64,000 nucleotides of DNA. It comes from Candidatus Planktophila sp. (GTDB lineage Bacteria; Actinomycetota; Actinomycetes; Nanopelagicales; Nanopelagicaceae). Below, one piece after another: positions 10,345-20,269 of the stretch. Within the stretch, counting starts at the first letter, position 1. Each line of letters opens with the position of its first letter. Made by a program: the position numbers and the translations under genes. Location: the NCBI GenBank assembly GCA_030681675.1, contig JAUXRP010000002.1:5178-69177 (forward strand), in the 5' to 3' direction. Below the pieces are notes generated by a model. It searched no databases, was not told the DNA's origin, and worked only from the letters and a program-made list of their open reading frames with translations.

Positions 10345-11951
10345 GGCGCGTTAGCTTCTAAGGCCGCTACGACATCGCGCACAGTCAACCAAGGTTGCGG
10401 TGACATCACTTTTGAAACTTGTGGCGCAAAGGCCGGGGATGAGAGTAAAACATCGATAGTTGGGCCGTCGGCAACGATATCTCCATCGGCGATGAAAATT
10501 ACACGCGTAGCAAGTTCAGCTACTAGCTCTACATCGTGAGTGGCAAGTACGACCGTGCGGTTAAAAGCCTTTGCGAACTCTAGGAGAATTCGCGTAAGTG
10601 ATTTCTTTGCCTCGTAATCTAAACCACGGGTTGGTTCATCGAGGATTAGAATTTTTGGATTTGCTGAGAGAACAATACTAAGAGCCAAACCCAGGCGTTG
10701 TCCCTCAGATAAATCACGCGGGTGTGCATGTAAGGAGATTCCTGGTACAAGTTGCGTCAATAATGTATATGTTGAACCCGGTGCGATTTCATTATCTCTA
10801 TCAGCCTGTTCACACTCTTGTGAGACACTCTGGGCATACAAAAGATCACTAGGCTCTTGCGGAATGTATCCAATTGTTGCTCTCCTAACTTTGCTGTGTA
10901 GATCTTTAGAATTTATTGAGTGAACGTGCACGTGTCCAGTTGCTCCATCACTCACGCCGGCGATTGATCGCAGAAGCGAACTCTTACCCGCACCGTTGCG
11001 TCCCATCACGGCAACGATCTCATTGTCGAAAATCGTCGCACTTACTTCATTGAGTGCAATTGTCGTTCCATGAACCATACTTAACTTCTTAATTTCGATG
11101 ACAGGAATCGCGCTTACAGGATTTTTATGTGGTGGACTAAGTGGGGTATTTGCTCGTACGTTCTCGGTCATTCGGCGCATGTCTCTGACGGATAACCCGA
11201 CTTCTTCAAGCCCAAGGGCTCTCGCTAAGTGCACAATGGGTGGTGCAATCGAGGATATTTTCATAATCTCTTCTGGTGTTCCGATAACGGAGTTACCGTC
11301 TCCACTAATATGAAGAATTCGATCGGCAAAACCAATGACGCGCTCTAACTTGTGTTCTGCGATTATGACGGTAAGGCTTAAATCATGTACTAAGCGGTGA
11401 AGAATCGAGAGAACTTCTTCGGCGGCAATTGGATCGAGTGCGCTCGTTGGCTCATCTAAAACTAAGACTTTAGGATGCAATACGAGGGCGCTAGCAATTG
11501 CTACACGCTGTTGCTCGCCACCACTTAACGTTGCAATTGTCCGAGCACGAAGTGAAGCTAATGAAAGCAAATCCAAAACCTCTTCGACACGTTTACGCAT
11601 CGTCTCAGGCGCTAGGTTGAGCGCCTCCATAGAAAATGCCAACTCCTCCTCAACGGTGTCGGCCACGAAGCCGTTGATTGGGTTTTGTCCGACAATTCCG
11701 ATGAGATGTGCCAAGCCTCCAGGTTTAACTTCGCGAGTCGAGAAACCATTGACACTGATGTCACCGGCAAGAATTCCTCCAGTGTGGTGGGGGACCAGAC
11801 CATTTATCAATCGCAGTAATGAAGATTTACCCGAACCAGTAGCTCCGATGACTAAAACTAACTCTCCTTCAGAGATTTCCAGCGTTAAATTTTCAATCAC
11901 TGTTCTTGTTGAGTTTGGATAGATGAGTGAAACATTAGAAAACTTAATCAC
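10341..11951 (-). CDS. ECF transporter fused double ATPase (A-A')
   Basis: Two Walker A motifs (GATGSGKS, GRNGAGKS), signatures LSGGEQQR and LSEGQR, two LDEPT. Confidence 0.92.
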   Translation of the reverse strand: MIKFSNVSLIYPNSTRTVIENLTLEISEGELVLVIGATGSGKSSLLRLINGLVPHHTGGILAGDISVNGFSTREVKPGGLAHLIGIVGQNPINGFVADTVEEELAFSMEALNLAPETMRKRVEEVLDLLSLASLRARTIATLSGGEQQRVAIASALVLHPKVLVLDEPTSALDPIAAEEVLSILHRLVHDLSLTVIIAEHKLERVIGFADRILHISGDGNSVIGTPEEIMKISSIAPPIVHLARALGLEEVGLSVRDMRRMTENVRANTPLSPPHKNPVSAIPVIEIKKLSMVHGTTIALNEVSATIFDNEIVAVMGRNGAGKSSLLRSIAGVSDGATGHVHVHSINSKDLHSKVRRATIGYIPQEPSDLLYAQSVSQECEQADRDNEIAPGSTYTLLTQLVPGISLHAHPRDLSEGQRLGLALSIVLSANPKILILDEPTRGLDYEAKKSLTRILLEFAKAFNRTVVLATHDVELVAELATRVIFIADGDIVADGPTIDVLLSSPAFAPQVSKVMSPQPWLTVRDVVAALEANAP

Positions 11952-12694
11952 GATAACCCCATAACGATTAGGCCAGTTGCAACAATGGCCGTGTCAACAG
12001 ATCTCCACCTAATAGGCCGATACCTACTGCGCTTACGACTGATTCCGTATCCGCGAGAATCCATAGCTGCCGCTAAATCCAATGAGCGGGCAAGGGATTC
12101 TTCTAAAAGGGGAATCGCTACGCGACGATACGAGGCAAATCCCTTGGTGCTCTGCCCGCGCAAACGTTGCGCAGTTCTTATTCTGGAAAAGCTAGTTACT
12201 AACTGGGGCAATATTGTGGTGGCGATGACAACTGAGACTCCAAACTCATACATATAGACCGGAAGCACACGCAATAGCCGATGAGGACTCGTAAGTGAGG
12301 CCGCTGCGCCAAAAATTACGATAATTGCGCAGATGATCAGACCCTCTGAAATCGCAGAAGAGATTCGTTCCAGCGTCACTGCTCCACCGATTCGAACTCC
12401 CGGCATCCAAGTGGGAAGGGGGATTTGAGGAAGTGAGAAAATCGTAGTTCCAGGTATTGGTACACCAATTACTACAGCGATATACGTTCGGATTACTAAA
12501 ATCCATGCAGCTAATTTCAACGTCCAGGTGAAGCTCTTACCCCAAGGCGCATCTTCGCGAAAAAAATAGACAATTACTCCGACGACACCCACTGAAGCGA
12601 TGGCAAAGGCTGGCGCATTAACACGTGCAACGCAGATTGCAACGGCGAATGACCAAATCCACCACGTCAGAGGGTGAAGCGGGGTTTTTCTCAA
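11948..12694 (-). CDS. ECF transporter T component (CbiQ/EcfT)
   Basis: Hydrophobic protein with AQRLRG and AMDSRGY Ala-Arg-Gly-type motifs. Overlaps the ATPase gene by 4 bp. Confidence 0.88.
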   Translation of the reverse strand: MRKTPLHPLTWWIWSFAVAICVARVNAPAFAIASVGVVGVIVYFFREDAPWGKSFTWTLKLAAWILVIRTYIAVVIGVPIPGTTIFSLPQIPLPTWMPGVRIGGAVTLERISSAISEGLIICAIIVIFGAAASLTSPHRLLRVLPVYMYEFGVSVVIATTILPQLVTSFSRIRTAQRLRGQSTKGFASYRRVAIPLLEESLARSLDLAAAMDSRGYGISRKRSRYRPIRWRSVDTAIVATGLIVMGLS

Positions 12695-12704
12695 TTGAGG
12701 TTTT

Positions 12705-13238
12705 TTACTTCTTCGGAATCAAAGCTGCTGGCGTTGAAATCTCGACACCACACTCTTTAGCCGGAAATCCATTAAGCCCACAAATTAGACCTGATGACGC
12801 CGCACGAATCTTTACGACTTGACCCAATACGTCGATTCCTTGGGAATCTAAAGCGGTACGTACGCATCTTTTAATAGTCTTAGCAGGTTTTTCGCCCTTT
12901 GGTGCCCATGCTTTTGAGCCGAACTCAATGACAAGTGCCACTCGTTTAGTATCCGGGTCGGCTTTTGTTGTGCCACATATGGCTTTGAAGTTAGGTTTAA
13001 TTTTTGGAGGAATTGATGGAACATCATCGCTACTAAACACAAAGGACCACCCCTCAACTGCGCCATTGGCAACATCGACGGTAGGTCCAGTCATCGCAGT
13101 GGTCCATTTAGTTGCACCTGGGGCCGCTTGAAAATAGCCCCAGTAACGCCAACCCTTAGTCGCACTGTGGGATGCGGGAATTGTGAAAACTGATGAAGTC
13201 AGAATGAAAAGAGTGATTAATAAAGCTTTGATTTTCAT
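12705..13238 (-). CDS. Secreted SCO2322-like protein of unknown function, first gene of the B12-riboswitch operon
   Basis: N-terminal signal peptide (MKIKALLITLFILTSSVFTIPASHS), GWRYWGYF and GAVEGWSF motifs, four Cys. Confidence 0.7.
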   Translation of the reverse strand: MKIKALLITLFILTSSVFTIPASHSATKGWRYWGYFQAAPGATKWTTAMTGPTVDVANGAVEGWSFVFSSDDVPSIPPKIKPNFKAICGTTKADPDTKRVALVIEFGSKAWAPKGEKPAKTIKRCVRTALDSQGIDVLGQVVKIRAASSGLICGLNGFPAKECGVEISTPAALIPKK

Positions 13239-13359
13239 TGAAGTGAAGCCTCTCGAATGTGAAGAGTCTCACAGGGGTAGCACCGCATAAGAGTGCAGAA
13301 ATCGCACTCAAATCAAGGACCACACCCCGCAAACCTCGGCGGGTGTCTGTCTCGTACGT

Positions 13360-13452
13360 CTCTTCATTAGGTAATCCGACTTCACGCTTAATACAGGCGC
13401 TTTACGGTTGCGGGTCAGCGTCGGAATTTCACCGAACTTCCCCTAATGAGAA
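13360..13452 (-). promoter_or_regulatory. Cobalamin (B12) riboswitch, compact form
   Basis: Minus strand reads TCTCATTAGG-GGAAGTTCGGTGAAATTCCGACGCTGACCCGCAACCGTAAAGCGC...GTGAAGTCGGATTA-CCTAATGAAGA. This has the conserved GGGAA, the P4 CGGTG..AAT.CCG stem, CCCGCAAC.GT, the B12 box and a closing P1 stem. Confidence 0.92.
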
Positions 13453-13529
13453 AACTATTAAGTTGTGGGTGAACCAAACCACATCGAACTGGAGTTGGCA
13501 ACTGGGCGCGCAGGACCTAAAGTCGTTGT

Positions 13530-14531
13530 ATGGAATATCGCCGCCTTGGAAGTACCGGAATGTATGTCTCTGAAATCGCCTATGGCAATTGGATTACTCA
13601 TGGATCACAAGTTGAAGCTGAAGCGGCAATCAAATGTGTCAAAGCCGCGCTCAATGAGGGGATCACAACATTTGATACCGCCGATGTGTATGCCGGCACT
13701 CGAGCCGAAGTAGTTTTAGGCAGAGCGCTAAAAGGCGTGCGCCGTGAGTCCTATGAACTTTTCACAAAGGTATATTGGCCAACAGGCCCAGGCAAAAACG
13801 ATCGCGGCTTATCGCGTAAGCACATCATTGAATCATGCAATGCATCGCTTAAGCGTTTGCAGACCGACCATATAGATTTATACCAAATGCATCGTTATGA
13901 TTTTGAAACCCCACTTGAAGAATCGTTAAGCGCCTTCGATGATTTAATTCGTGCGGGAAAAGTTCATTACATCGGTTTCTCTGAATGGAACGCCTCTCAG
14001 ATTTCAGCGGCGTTAGAGATTCAAGATGCACTTGGCTATAACCGTTTTGTTTCAAGTCAACCTCAATACTCAGCGCTGTGGCGCGTCATTGAAGCCGAAG
14101 TTATTCCACTCTCAATTAAGGAAGGGATAGGCCAGATTGTTTGGTCACCAATGGCCCAGGGCGTTCTCTCTGGAAAGTATGCACCAGGAAAGAAAGCTCC
14201 AGCAGGTTCTCGCGCAACCGATAAAAAGAGTGGCGCTGGAATGATTTCGGGTTGGATGAGAGATGAGGTGCTAACTGCCGTTGCTAAGCTAGCACCCGTT
14301 GCTAAAGAGGCTGGGTTAACAATGTCGCAAATGGCGATCGCGTGGGTATTACAAAATCCAAATGTTTCTTCAGCGATTATGGGTGCCACAAAGCCGTCAC
14401 AGGTAAAGGAGAACGTTAAAGCGTCGGGAGTGAAGTTAGATGCTTCGACGATGAAAGCGATCGACAAAGCTCTTGGAAAACTACCTGAAATGGATCCGGC
14501 TAAGAATATAAGTCCGAATCCTCGTGCTTAG
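13530..14531 (+). CDS. Aldo/keto reductase (Kv-beta/Tas-like)
   Basis: YRRLGSTG, FDTADVY, TKVYWP, IDLYQMH, WSPMAQG. Confidence 0.92.
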   Translation: MEYRRLGSTGMYVSEIAYGNWITHGSQVEAEAAIKCVKAALNEGITTFDTADVYAGTRAEVVLGRALKGVRRESYELFTKVYWPTGPGKNDRGLSRKHIIESCNASLKRLQTDHIDLYQMHRYDFETPLEESLSAFDDLIRAGKVHYIGFSEWNASQISAALEIQDALGYNRFVSSQPQYSALWRVIEAEVIPLSIKEGIGQIVWSPMAQGVLSGKYAPGKKAPAGSRATDKKSGAGMISGWMRDEVLTAVAKLAPVAKEAGLTMSQMAIAWVLQNPNVSSAIMGATKPSQVKENVKASGVKLDASTMKAIDKALGKLPEMDPAKNISPNPRA

Positions 14532-15058
14532 TTGAACTTATCTCCGACTTTAATCTGAGGGTGTGGCGCGCGCAATCGCCGCATCTGCGTAGATCGCAGC
14601 CAGGCGTACATTCCGAGACCTTTAGTTGGAGAGTTAGGAAATTTCCCACCAATTAATCTTCGAATTTTACGACTGAGGAAAACTCCATCGACAACGGCAA
14701 TCATCAGTACTCCATACATAACAGCAATTGCGCTAAATTGAACTACTGGCTCAGGAATCAACGTTAAGATTAGTACGAGAAAGATGATGGGTAAAAAGTA
14801 TTCGCCAATAGATCGTCGGGCATCGACATAGTTTCGGACAAAACGTCGTTCTGGACCACGGTCGCGAGCAGGCAGCGCGTTCTCATCTCCGCGCAGATAT
14901 GCCGCACGCATTGTGATGCGGTCTTGGCGGTTAGCTAGTTTGGCTGCACGTTTCTGATCTTTTGTAACAACTGGGGCCAGGGATGAAGTAATGCGTTTTG
15001 CCTCTGAAACTTTACGCTTTGGCGTCGGACGGCCTTTGCCTGTGGATTCTGTACTCAT
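14528..15058 (-). CDS. DUF3043 family membrane protein (Rv2206-like)
   Basis: GKGRPTPKRK, RDRGPERRFVRNYVDARR, QMRRLRAPHPQ. Confidence 0.88.
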   Translation of the reverse strand: MSTESTGKGRPTPKRKVSEAKRITSSLAPVVTKDQKRAAKLANRQDRITMRAAYLRGDENALPARDRGPERRFVRNYVDARRSIGEYFLPIIFLVLILTLIPEPVVQFSAIAVMYGVLMIAVVDGVFLSRKIRRLIGGKFPNSPTKGLGMYAWLRSTQMRRLRAPHPQIKVGDKFN

Positions 15059-15150
15059 AGCGCTAACTATATTGGCTTTTTTAGCCGTTGCGTTCGCGGT
15101 GACAAGGGGGAGCAGGTAGGCTTGTTCTATCTAGTCCAAGGAGAGAATGT

Positions 15151-15507
15151 ATGAGCACTGAGACCCAAACGGATTCATTGACTACTGCAATTAGATTGAC
15201 CGATGTCGCAGCTGTAAAAGTCGCTGCGCTACTGGCTCAAGAGGGCCGCGATGATTTGATGCTTCGCGTAGCAGTTCAACCTGGTGGTTGTTCTGGACTT
15301 CGCTATCAACTCTACTTTGATGACCGTAATCAAGATGGAGATGTCATCCATGAGTTCGGTGGCGTCAAGGTCATTATTGACAAGATGAGTGATCCATATT
15401 TAATGGGTGCATCGATTGACTTTGTCGACACAATTGAAAAACAGGGATTTACAATAGATAATCCCAATGCAGGTGGCTCATGCGCCTGCGGCGATTCATT
15501 TAACTAA
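15151..15507 (+). CDS. HesB/IscA (ErpA-type) Fe-S cluster carrier protein
   Basis: QPGGCSGLRY and C-terminal CACGDSF. Confidence 0.95.
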   Translation: MSTETQTDSLTTAIRLTDVAAVKVAALLAQEGRDDLMLRVAVQPGGCSGLRYQLYFDDRNQDGDVIHEFGGVKVIIDKMSDPYLMGASIDFVDTIEKQGFTIDNPNAGGSCACGDSFN

Positions 15508-15536
15508 GTTTTCCTAAAACGCTCTAGTATCGCGAC

Positions 15537-16514
15537 ATGAAAATCGGTGTAGCGGGCTCGGTGGGTCTTGATCATTTAATGAATTTTTCTGGAAAGTTCA
15601 CCGACTCATTTGTAGCTGGTTCGCTAGAGAAAATCTCACTCTCTTTTTTAGTCGATAGTCTGGATGTTCGACGTGGTGGTTGCGCGGCCAACATTGCATT
15701 TGGCATGGGAGTGCTTGGACTAAACCCAGTTCTCATTGCCGCGGTCGGCAAAGATTGGCCAGATTATGAAGCCTGGCTATCGCGTCACGGTGTCGACACA
15801 TCGCATGCCTTAGTTTCTCAGTCACTGTTCACTGCCCACTTTATGGTCACGACAGATGATGATCTCAATCAAATCGCATCATTTTTTCCGGGTGCGATGA
15901 GCGAAGCGAGAAATATCGAACTTGGACCGATTATGGATAAAACCGGTCGCTTTGACATGCTCGTGATCTCACCGGATGATCCTGAGGCGATGTTACGCCA
16001 CTCTGAAACATGCCGTGAATTGGGCATTGCATTTGCCGCCGATCCTTCTCAACAGATGGCGCGTATGAGCGGTGAAGATATAAAACTTCTCATTGATGGC
16101 GCGTCTTATCTTTTTATGAATGAGTATGAACTCGCCCTTGCCATGCAAAAGACGGGCTGGAGCGATGCCGAGATATTGGAGCGGGTGAAGGTTCGAGTTA
16201 CAACTCTTGGATCAAAGGGTGCCAAAGTCGAGAGTGCTGATGGTGAGTTTGTGCAGGTGGGATGTCCTAAAGAGATATCAAAGACAGATCCAACGGGCGT
16301 CGGTGACTCTTTTAGATCTGGATTTATTGCCGGTCTTGCATGGGGGTTGAGCCATGAGCGATGTGCACAGTTAGGCGCTCTCATCGCCACATACGTCATC
16401 GAAACGATGGGCACTCAGGAGTATCGCTTTACTGGCCAAGAGTTTGTAGCCAGATTTGCTGAGGCGTATGGCGGCGATGCCGCCGCTGAGATATCGCTCC
16501 ATATCAAGAAATAG
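15537..16514 (+). CDS. adoK: PfkB-family kinase, adenosine kinase-like
   Basis: GSVGLDHLMNFSGKF...SLSFLVD..RRGGCAAN resembles mycobacterial AdoK. DPTGVGDSFR is the PfkB motif. Syntenic between HesB and ctaC. Confidence 0.82.
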   Translation: MKIGVAGSVGLDHLMNFSGKFTDSFVAGSLEKISLSFLVDSLDVRRGGCAANIAFGMGVLGLNPVLIAAVGKDWPDYEAWLSRHGVDTSHALVSQSLFTAHFMVTTDDDLNQIASFFPGAMSEARNIELGPIMDKTGRFDMLVISPDDPEAMLRHSETCRELGIAFAADPSQQMARMSGEDIKLLIDGASYLFMNEYELALAMQKTGWSDAEILERVKVRVTTLGSKGAKVESADGEFVQVGCPKEISKTDPTGVGDSFRSGFIAGLAWGLSHERCAQLGALIATYVIETMGTQEYRFTGQEFVARFAEAYGGDAAAEISLHIKK

Positions 16515-16590
16515 CCGGTACTTACAACCACGGCGCCAGGACAGCAATTGGATACTGAGAATTTGGCGCTCGGCCTATATCCTTGGCCCC

Positions 16591-17340
16591 ATGTCGTCAC
16601 AGAAATTTAAGGCTCTGCGTACCTTTGCCTTATTGATTCCAGCTCTATTTTTAACTGGTTGTTCCAAAGTTTCAGAGCTTGGTTTTCCAGAGGGCGTCAC
16701 AAGTGTTAACGATGAGTCACTTTCACTGTGGCAAGGCGCATGGATAGCGGCAGGCGTTGTCGGTGTTATCACGCTGATTTTGATTGTGTGGCCTGCAATT
16801 TTTCATCGCCCTAAAAAAGATGGACCTGAGTTTCCGAAACAGACCCAGTATCACATTCCCATCGAAATAATTTATACGATCATTCCTTTCATCATTGTTG
16901 CAGTGATGTTTTATTACACTGCAAAGAAAGAAACCGTCATTACCGCTAAGAGTGATTCAGTGATGCACCAAATCTCAGTGACTGGCATGCAATGGTCGTG
17001 GCAGTTTGCATATCCCGACGCTGGACCTTCGGCCATAGTTACTGGAACTCCTTCTCAAAAACCAACGTTAGTAATTCCATTGGGAGAGCGTGTTAGGTAC
17101 ACAATAATTTCAAATGATGTTGTTCATGGATTTTGGATTCCGGCCTTTATGATTCAAATGCAGAATATTCCAGGCGTGACTAATCACCTTGAATTCACAG
17201 CGAATAAATTAGGAGAGTATCCAGGGCGCTGCAATATTTTATGTGGACGCGCGCACTCCCAAATGATTTTTACAGTAAAAGTTGTTACACCCACTGATTA
17301 TCAGGCTTATCTTGAGACGTTAAAGGGGAGCCAAGCATGA
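16591..17340 (+). CDS. ctaC: Cytochrome c oxidase subunit II
   Basis: Lipoprotein-like [28 protein letters not shown], CuA motif [12 protein letters not shown]. Start moved to ATG 16591. Confidence 0.93.
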   Translation: MSSQKFKALRTFALLIPALFLTGCSKVSELGFPEGVTSVNDESLSLWQGAWIAAGVVGVITLILIVWPAIFHRPKKDGPEFPKQTQYHIPIEIIYTIIPFIIVAVMFYYTAKKETVITAKSDSVMHQISVTGMQWSWQFAYPDAGPSAIVTGTPSQKPTLVIPLGERVRYTIISNDVVHGFWIPAFMIQMQNIPGVTNHLEFTANKLGEYPGRCNILCGRAHSQMIFTVKVVTPTDYQAYLETLKGSQA

Positions 17341-18989
17341 CCATATATGCATCAAACCCAACTGCGTCAGATGTTGTGGCACAACCATCGCCTAAAGGCA
17401 AGAACTTTGTTAAGTGGATAACCTCAACTGACCACAAGACAATCGGCTATCTGTATTTGCTGACTTCTTTTGCATGGTTCCTAATCGGTGGAGTTTTAGC
17501 CTTGGCACTTCGAAGCGAATTAGCTCGCCCAGGTATGCAGTTCTTGAGCTATGAGCAGTACAACCAAATCTTTACTATGCACGGAACAATTATGCTTTTG
17601 ATGTTTGCAACTCCACTCTTTGTGGGTTTTGCTAATGTGATTATGCCTTTGCAAATAGGCGCGGCCGACGTGGCTTTCCCGCGGTTAAATATGCTCTCGT
17701 ACTGGCTCTATTTATTCGGCGGCACGATGGCCTTTGCAGGTTTCTTATCACCGGGAGGGGCGGCATCATTTGGCTGGACCGTCTATGTTCCACTCTCAAA
17801 TGCAACATATTCACCCGGTATTGGCGCCGATTTATGGCTCGTTGGTCTAGCTATCAGTGGCGTTGGAACAATTCTGGGTGGAGTTAATTTCATAACAACG
17901 ATACTTACTATGCGCGCACCAGGTATGACGATGTTTCGTATGTCAATCTTTTCATGGAACGTTCTACTTACCTCAATTTTAGTTTTGCTCGCATTTCCAC
18001 CACTTGCTGCAGCGTTATTAGGGCTTGAATCCGATCGTTTATATGGAACACATCTCTTCGACCCTGCAAATGGCGGAGCTATGTTGTTCCAGCATTTGTT
18101 CTGGTTCTTCGGCCATCCCGAAGTTTATATTTTGGCTCTGCCTTTCTTTGGCATTGCAACTGAAATCTTGCCCGTATTTAGCCGCAAACCGATCTTTGGT
18201 TATAAGGGTTTAATCGCAGCAACGATTGCGATCTCGGCGCTCTCAGTTTCGGTCTGGGCCCACCATATGTTTGCCACCGGTCAAGTTCTTCTTCCATTCT
18301 TCTCCTTTATGACTTTCTTAATCGGCGTGCCGACCGGAGTCAAATTCTTCAACTGGATCGGTACCATGTGGCGCGGCCACGTAACTTTTGAGACACCAAT
18401 GCTTTGGGTAATGGGTTTTCTCGTGACCTTCCTATTCGGCGGATTAACTGGAATTATCTTGGCATCACCACCATTGGACTTTGCCGTATCGGCTAGCTAC
18501 TTTGTCGTGGCGCACTTTCATTACGTGCTCTTTGGAACTGTGGTCTTTGCGATGTTTGCAGGCTTCTATTTCTGGTGGCCAAAGATGACTGGCAAGATGC
18601 TCAATGAGAGACTTGGCAAGATTCACTTCTGGACAACTTTTGTCGGCTTCCACTTAACCTTCTTAATTCAGCACTGGCTTGGTATAAAGGGCTTTCCGCG
18701 ACGTTATGCCGATTATCTTGCAACCGATGGCTTCACCTTGATGAATACGGTTTCAACTATCGGCTCATTCCTTCTCGCCTTTTCCATGATTCCATTTATG
18801 ATCAATATTTGGATTACTCGCAAATCACCACTCGTCGGCGTTGATGATCCATGGGGTTATGGGGCATCACTTGAGTGGGCAACCTCTTGCCCACCGCCAC
18901 GCCACAACTTTTTAACGATGCCACGTATATCTAGTGAGCGTCCAGCATTTGATCTACATTATCCGCACATTAAGACAGAGGAGCACTGA
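17337..18989 (+). CDS. ctaD: Cytochrome c oxidase subunit I (A1 type)
   Basis: [33 protein letters not shown]. Confidence 0.97.
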   Translation: MTIYASNPTASDVVAQPSPKGKNFVKWITSTDHKTIGYLYLLTSFAWFLIGGVLALALRSELARPGMQFLSYEQYNQIFTMHGTIMLLMFATPLFVGFANVIMPLQIGAADVAFPRLNMLSYWLYLFGGTMAFAGFLSPGGAASFGWTVYVPLSNATYSPGIGADLWLVGLAISGVGTILGGVNFITTILTMRAPGMTMFRMSIFSWNVLLTSILVLLAFPPLAAALLGLESDRLYGTHLFDPANGGAMLFQHLFWFFGHPEVYILALPFFGIATEILPVFSRKPIFGYKGLIAATIAISALSVSVWAHHMFATGQVLLPFFSFMTFLIGVPTGVKFFNWIGTMWRGHVTFETPMLWVMGFLVTFLFGGLTGIILASPPLDFAVSASYFVVAHFHYVLFGTVVFAMFAGFYFWWPKMTGKMLNERLGKIHFWTTFVGFHLTFLIQHWLGIKGFPRRYADYLATDGFTLMNTVSTIGSFLLAFSMIPFMINIWITRKSPLVGVDDPWGYGASLEWATSCPPPRHNFLTMPRISSERPAFDLHYPHIKTEEH

Positions 18990-18994
18990 CTTCC

Positions 18995-19399
18995 GTGAAG
19001 GTCAATTGGCAGTTATTTACTGGTTTAGCGGTCTTCTATGTCATCATGACGGTTATATATTGGTATGTCGGCGGAGAACCCGTTGGAATTGGCGGGATGC
19101 TCTTAGCGGCTGGACTTGCAGGCATGGTCGGTTTTTATGTCTGGTTTACTCAAAAACGAATTGGTGAAATCCTTCCTGAGGATAGTTTAACGGCTGAAAT
19201 CGCTGATGGCGCGGGCGAACTTGGTTTCTATAGCCCACACTCATGGTGGCCGCTTCCTGTGGCGTTAAGTTCATGCGCCATGGGTCTCGGGCTGATCATT
19301 GGTTGGTGGCTCACACTTATCGGTGTTGGAGCACTAATTATTTCGGTAATTGGAATGGTTACTGAGTATGAGAAGCCAATTCAAAGCCCTTCTCACTGA
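18995..19399 (+). CDS. ctaF: Cytochrome c oxidase subunit IV (actinobacterial)
   Basis: Three TM helices, PED...AEIADGAGELGFYSPHSWWP. Confidence 0.92.
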   Translation: MKVNWQLFTGLAVFYVIMTVIYWYVGGEPVGIGGMLLAAGLAGMVGFYVWFTQKRIGEILPEDSLTAEIADGAGELGFYSPHSWWPLPVALSSCAMGLGLIIGWWLTLIGVGALIISVIGMVTEYEKPIQSPSH

Positions 19400-19405
19400 C
19401 CTAAC

Positions 19406-20269
19406 TTGTTGAGAGTTTCGCGTTTCGCGCCGTTCATCTTTGTTCTTCTCTGGAGCACTGGCTTTGTTGGTGCAAAATATGGTCTGCCTTTTGCCGACCC
19501 ATTCATATTTTTAGCTCTGCGATTATTTATCGCCGCACTTATTCTCTTTGGAATTGCTGTACTCCTGAAATCGCCAATTGCACTCACCCGAATACAGATT
19601 AGAAGTTCGGCTCTTATTGGGATTTTTTTACACGCCGCCTATTTAGGTGGGGTCTTCTTTGCAATCTCTAAGGGAGTAACTGCCGGAACTGCCGCGGTAA
19701 TCACTAGCCTGCAACCTGTTCTTGTTTCTTTATTGGCAATAAAGGTATTGAATGAGAAGTTACATAGTCGGCAAATTCTTGGATTAATTCTTGGACTTTG
19801 TGGTGTTGTATTAGTTCTTGGACCAAGTTTCGAGAGTTCAGTTTCGCAATTGGGAATTCTTGCAGTCTTTATTGCGCTCATTGGTAGCACTACTGCTACT
19901 TTGCTTCAAAAGAAAATTGGTTCAGGTATTCCATTGCTGGCCGGAACCGCCTACCAATATTGTGCAAGTGGATTTTTCTTATTTATAGTAGCAGTTGTTA
20001 CGGGTGGAACTGAGATTCAATGGAATATTAGATTTGCTAGCGCCATGATTTGGCTGATTTTAGTACTCTCGGTGGGCGCGATCTTGTTATTGCTCTGGCT
20101 CCTTAACACGGCAAGTACAGCATCGGTTTCATCGCTCTTTTACTTAGTCCCTCCAGCAACTGCCGTTGAAGCATATTTTCTATTTGGGGAAAAACTAAAT
20201 ACCCAGAGTTTGCTTGGAATAGCAATTACCGCTTTAGGTGTTTGGTTGGTATTACGCTCTGGGAATTAG
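19406..20269 (+). CDS. EamA/DMT family transporter
   Basis: Ten TM helices in two EamA repeats (WSTGFVGAKYGL, SLFYLVPP..AVEAYFLFGEKL). Confidence 0.9.
   Translation: MLRVSRFAPFIFVLLWSTGFVGAKYGLPFADPFIFLALRLFIAALILFGIAVLLKSPIALTRIQIRSSALIGIFLHAAYLGGVFFAISKGVTAGTAAVITSLQPVLVSLLAIKVLNEKLHSRQILGLILGLCGVVLVLGPSFESSVSQLGILAVFIALIGSTTATLLQKKIGSGIPLLAGTAYQYCASGFFLFIVAVVTGGTEIQWNIRFASAMIWLILVLSVGAILLLLWLLNTASTASVSSLFYLVPPATAVEAYFLFGEKLNTQSLLGIAITALGVWLVLRSGN

Noticed and set aside
13259-13573. 104-aa plus-strand ORF across the riboswitch
   Set aside because: Antisense to the cobalamin riboswitch and overlaps the AKR start, with no coding hallmarks.
16456-16590. N-terminal extension of ctaC given by the ORF track (similar extensions for sucB, qcrA, ctaE, pabC, pimA, pdxT, ruvB)
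   Set aside because: The extensions overlap neighbouring genes. Downstream starts have an RBS, a -10 spacing or stop-start coupling, and match family N-termini.
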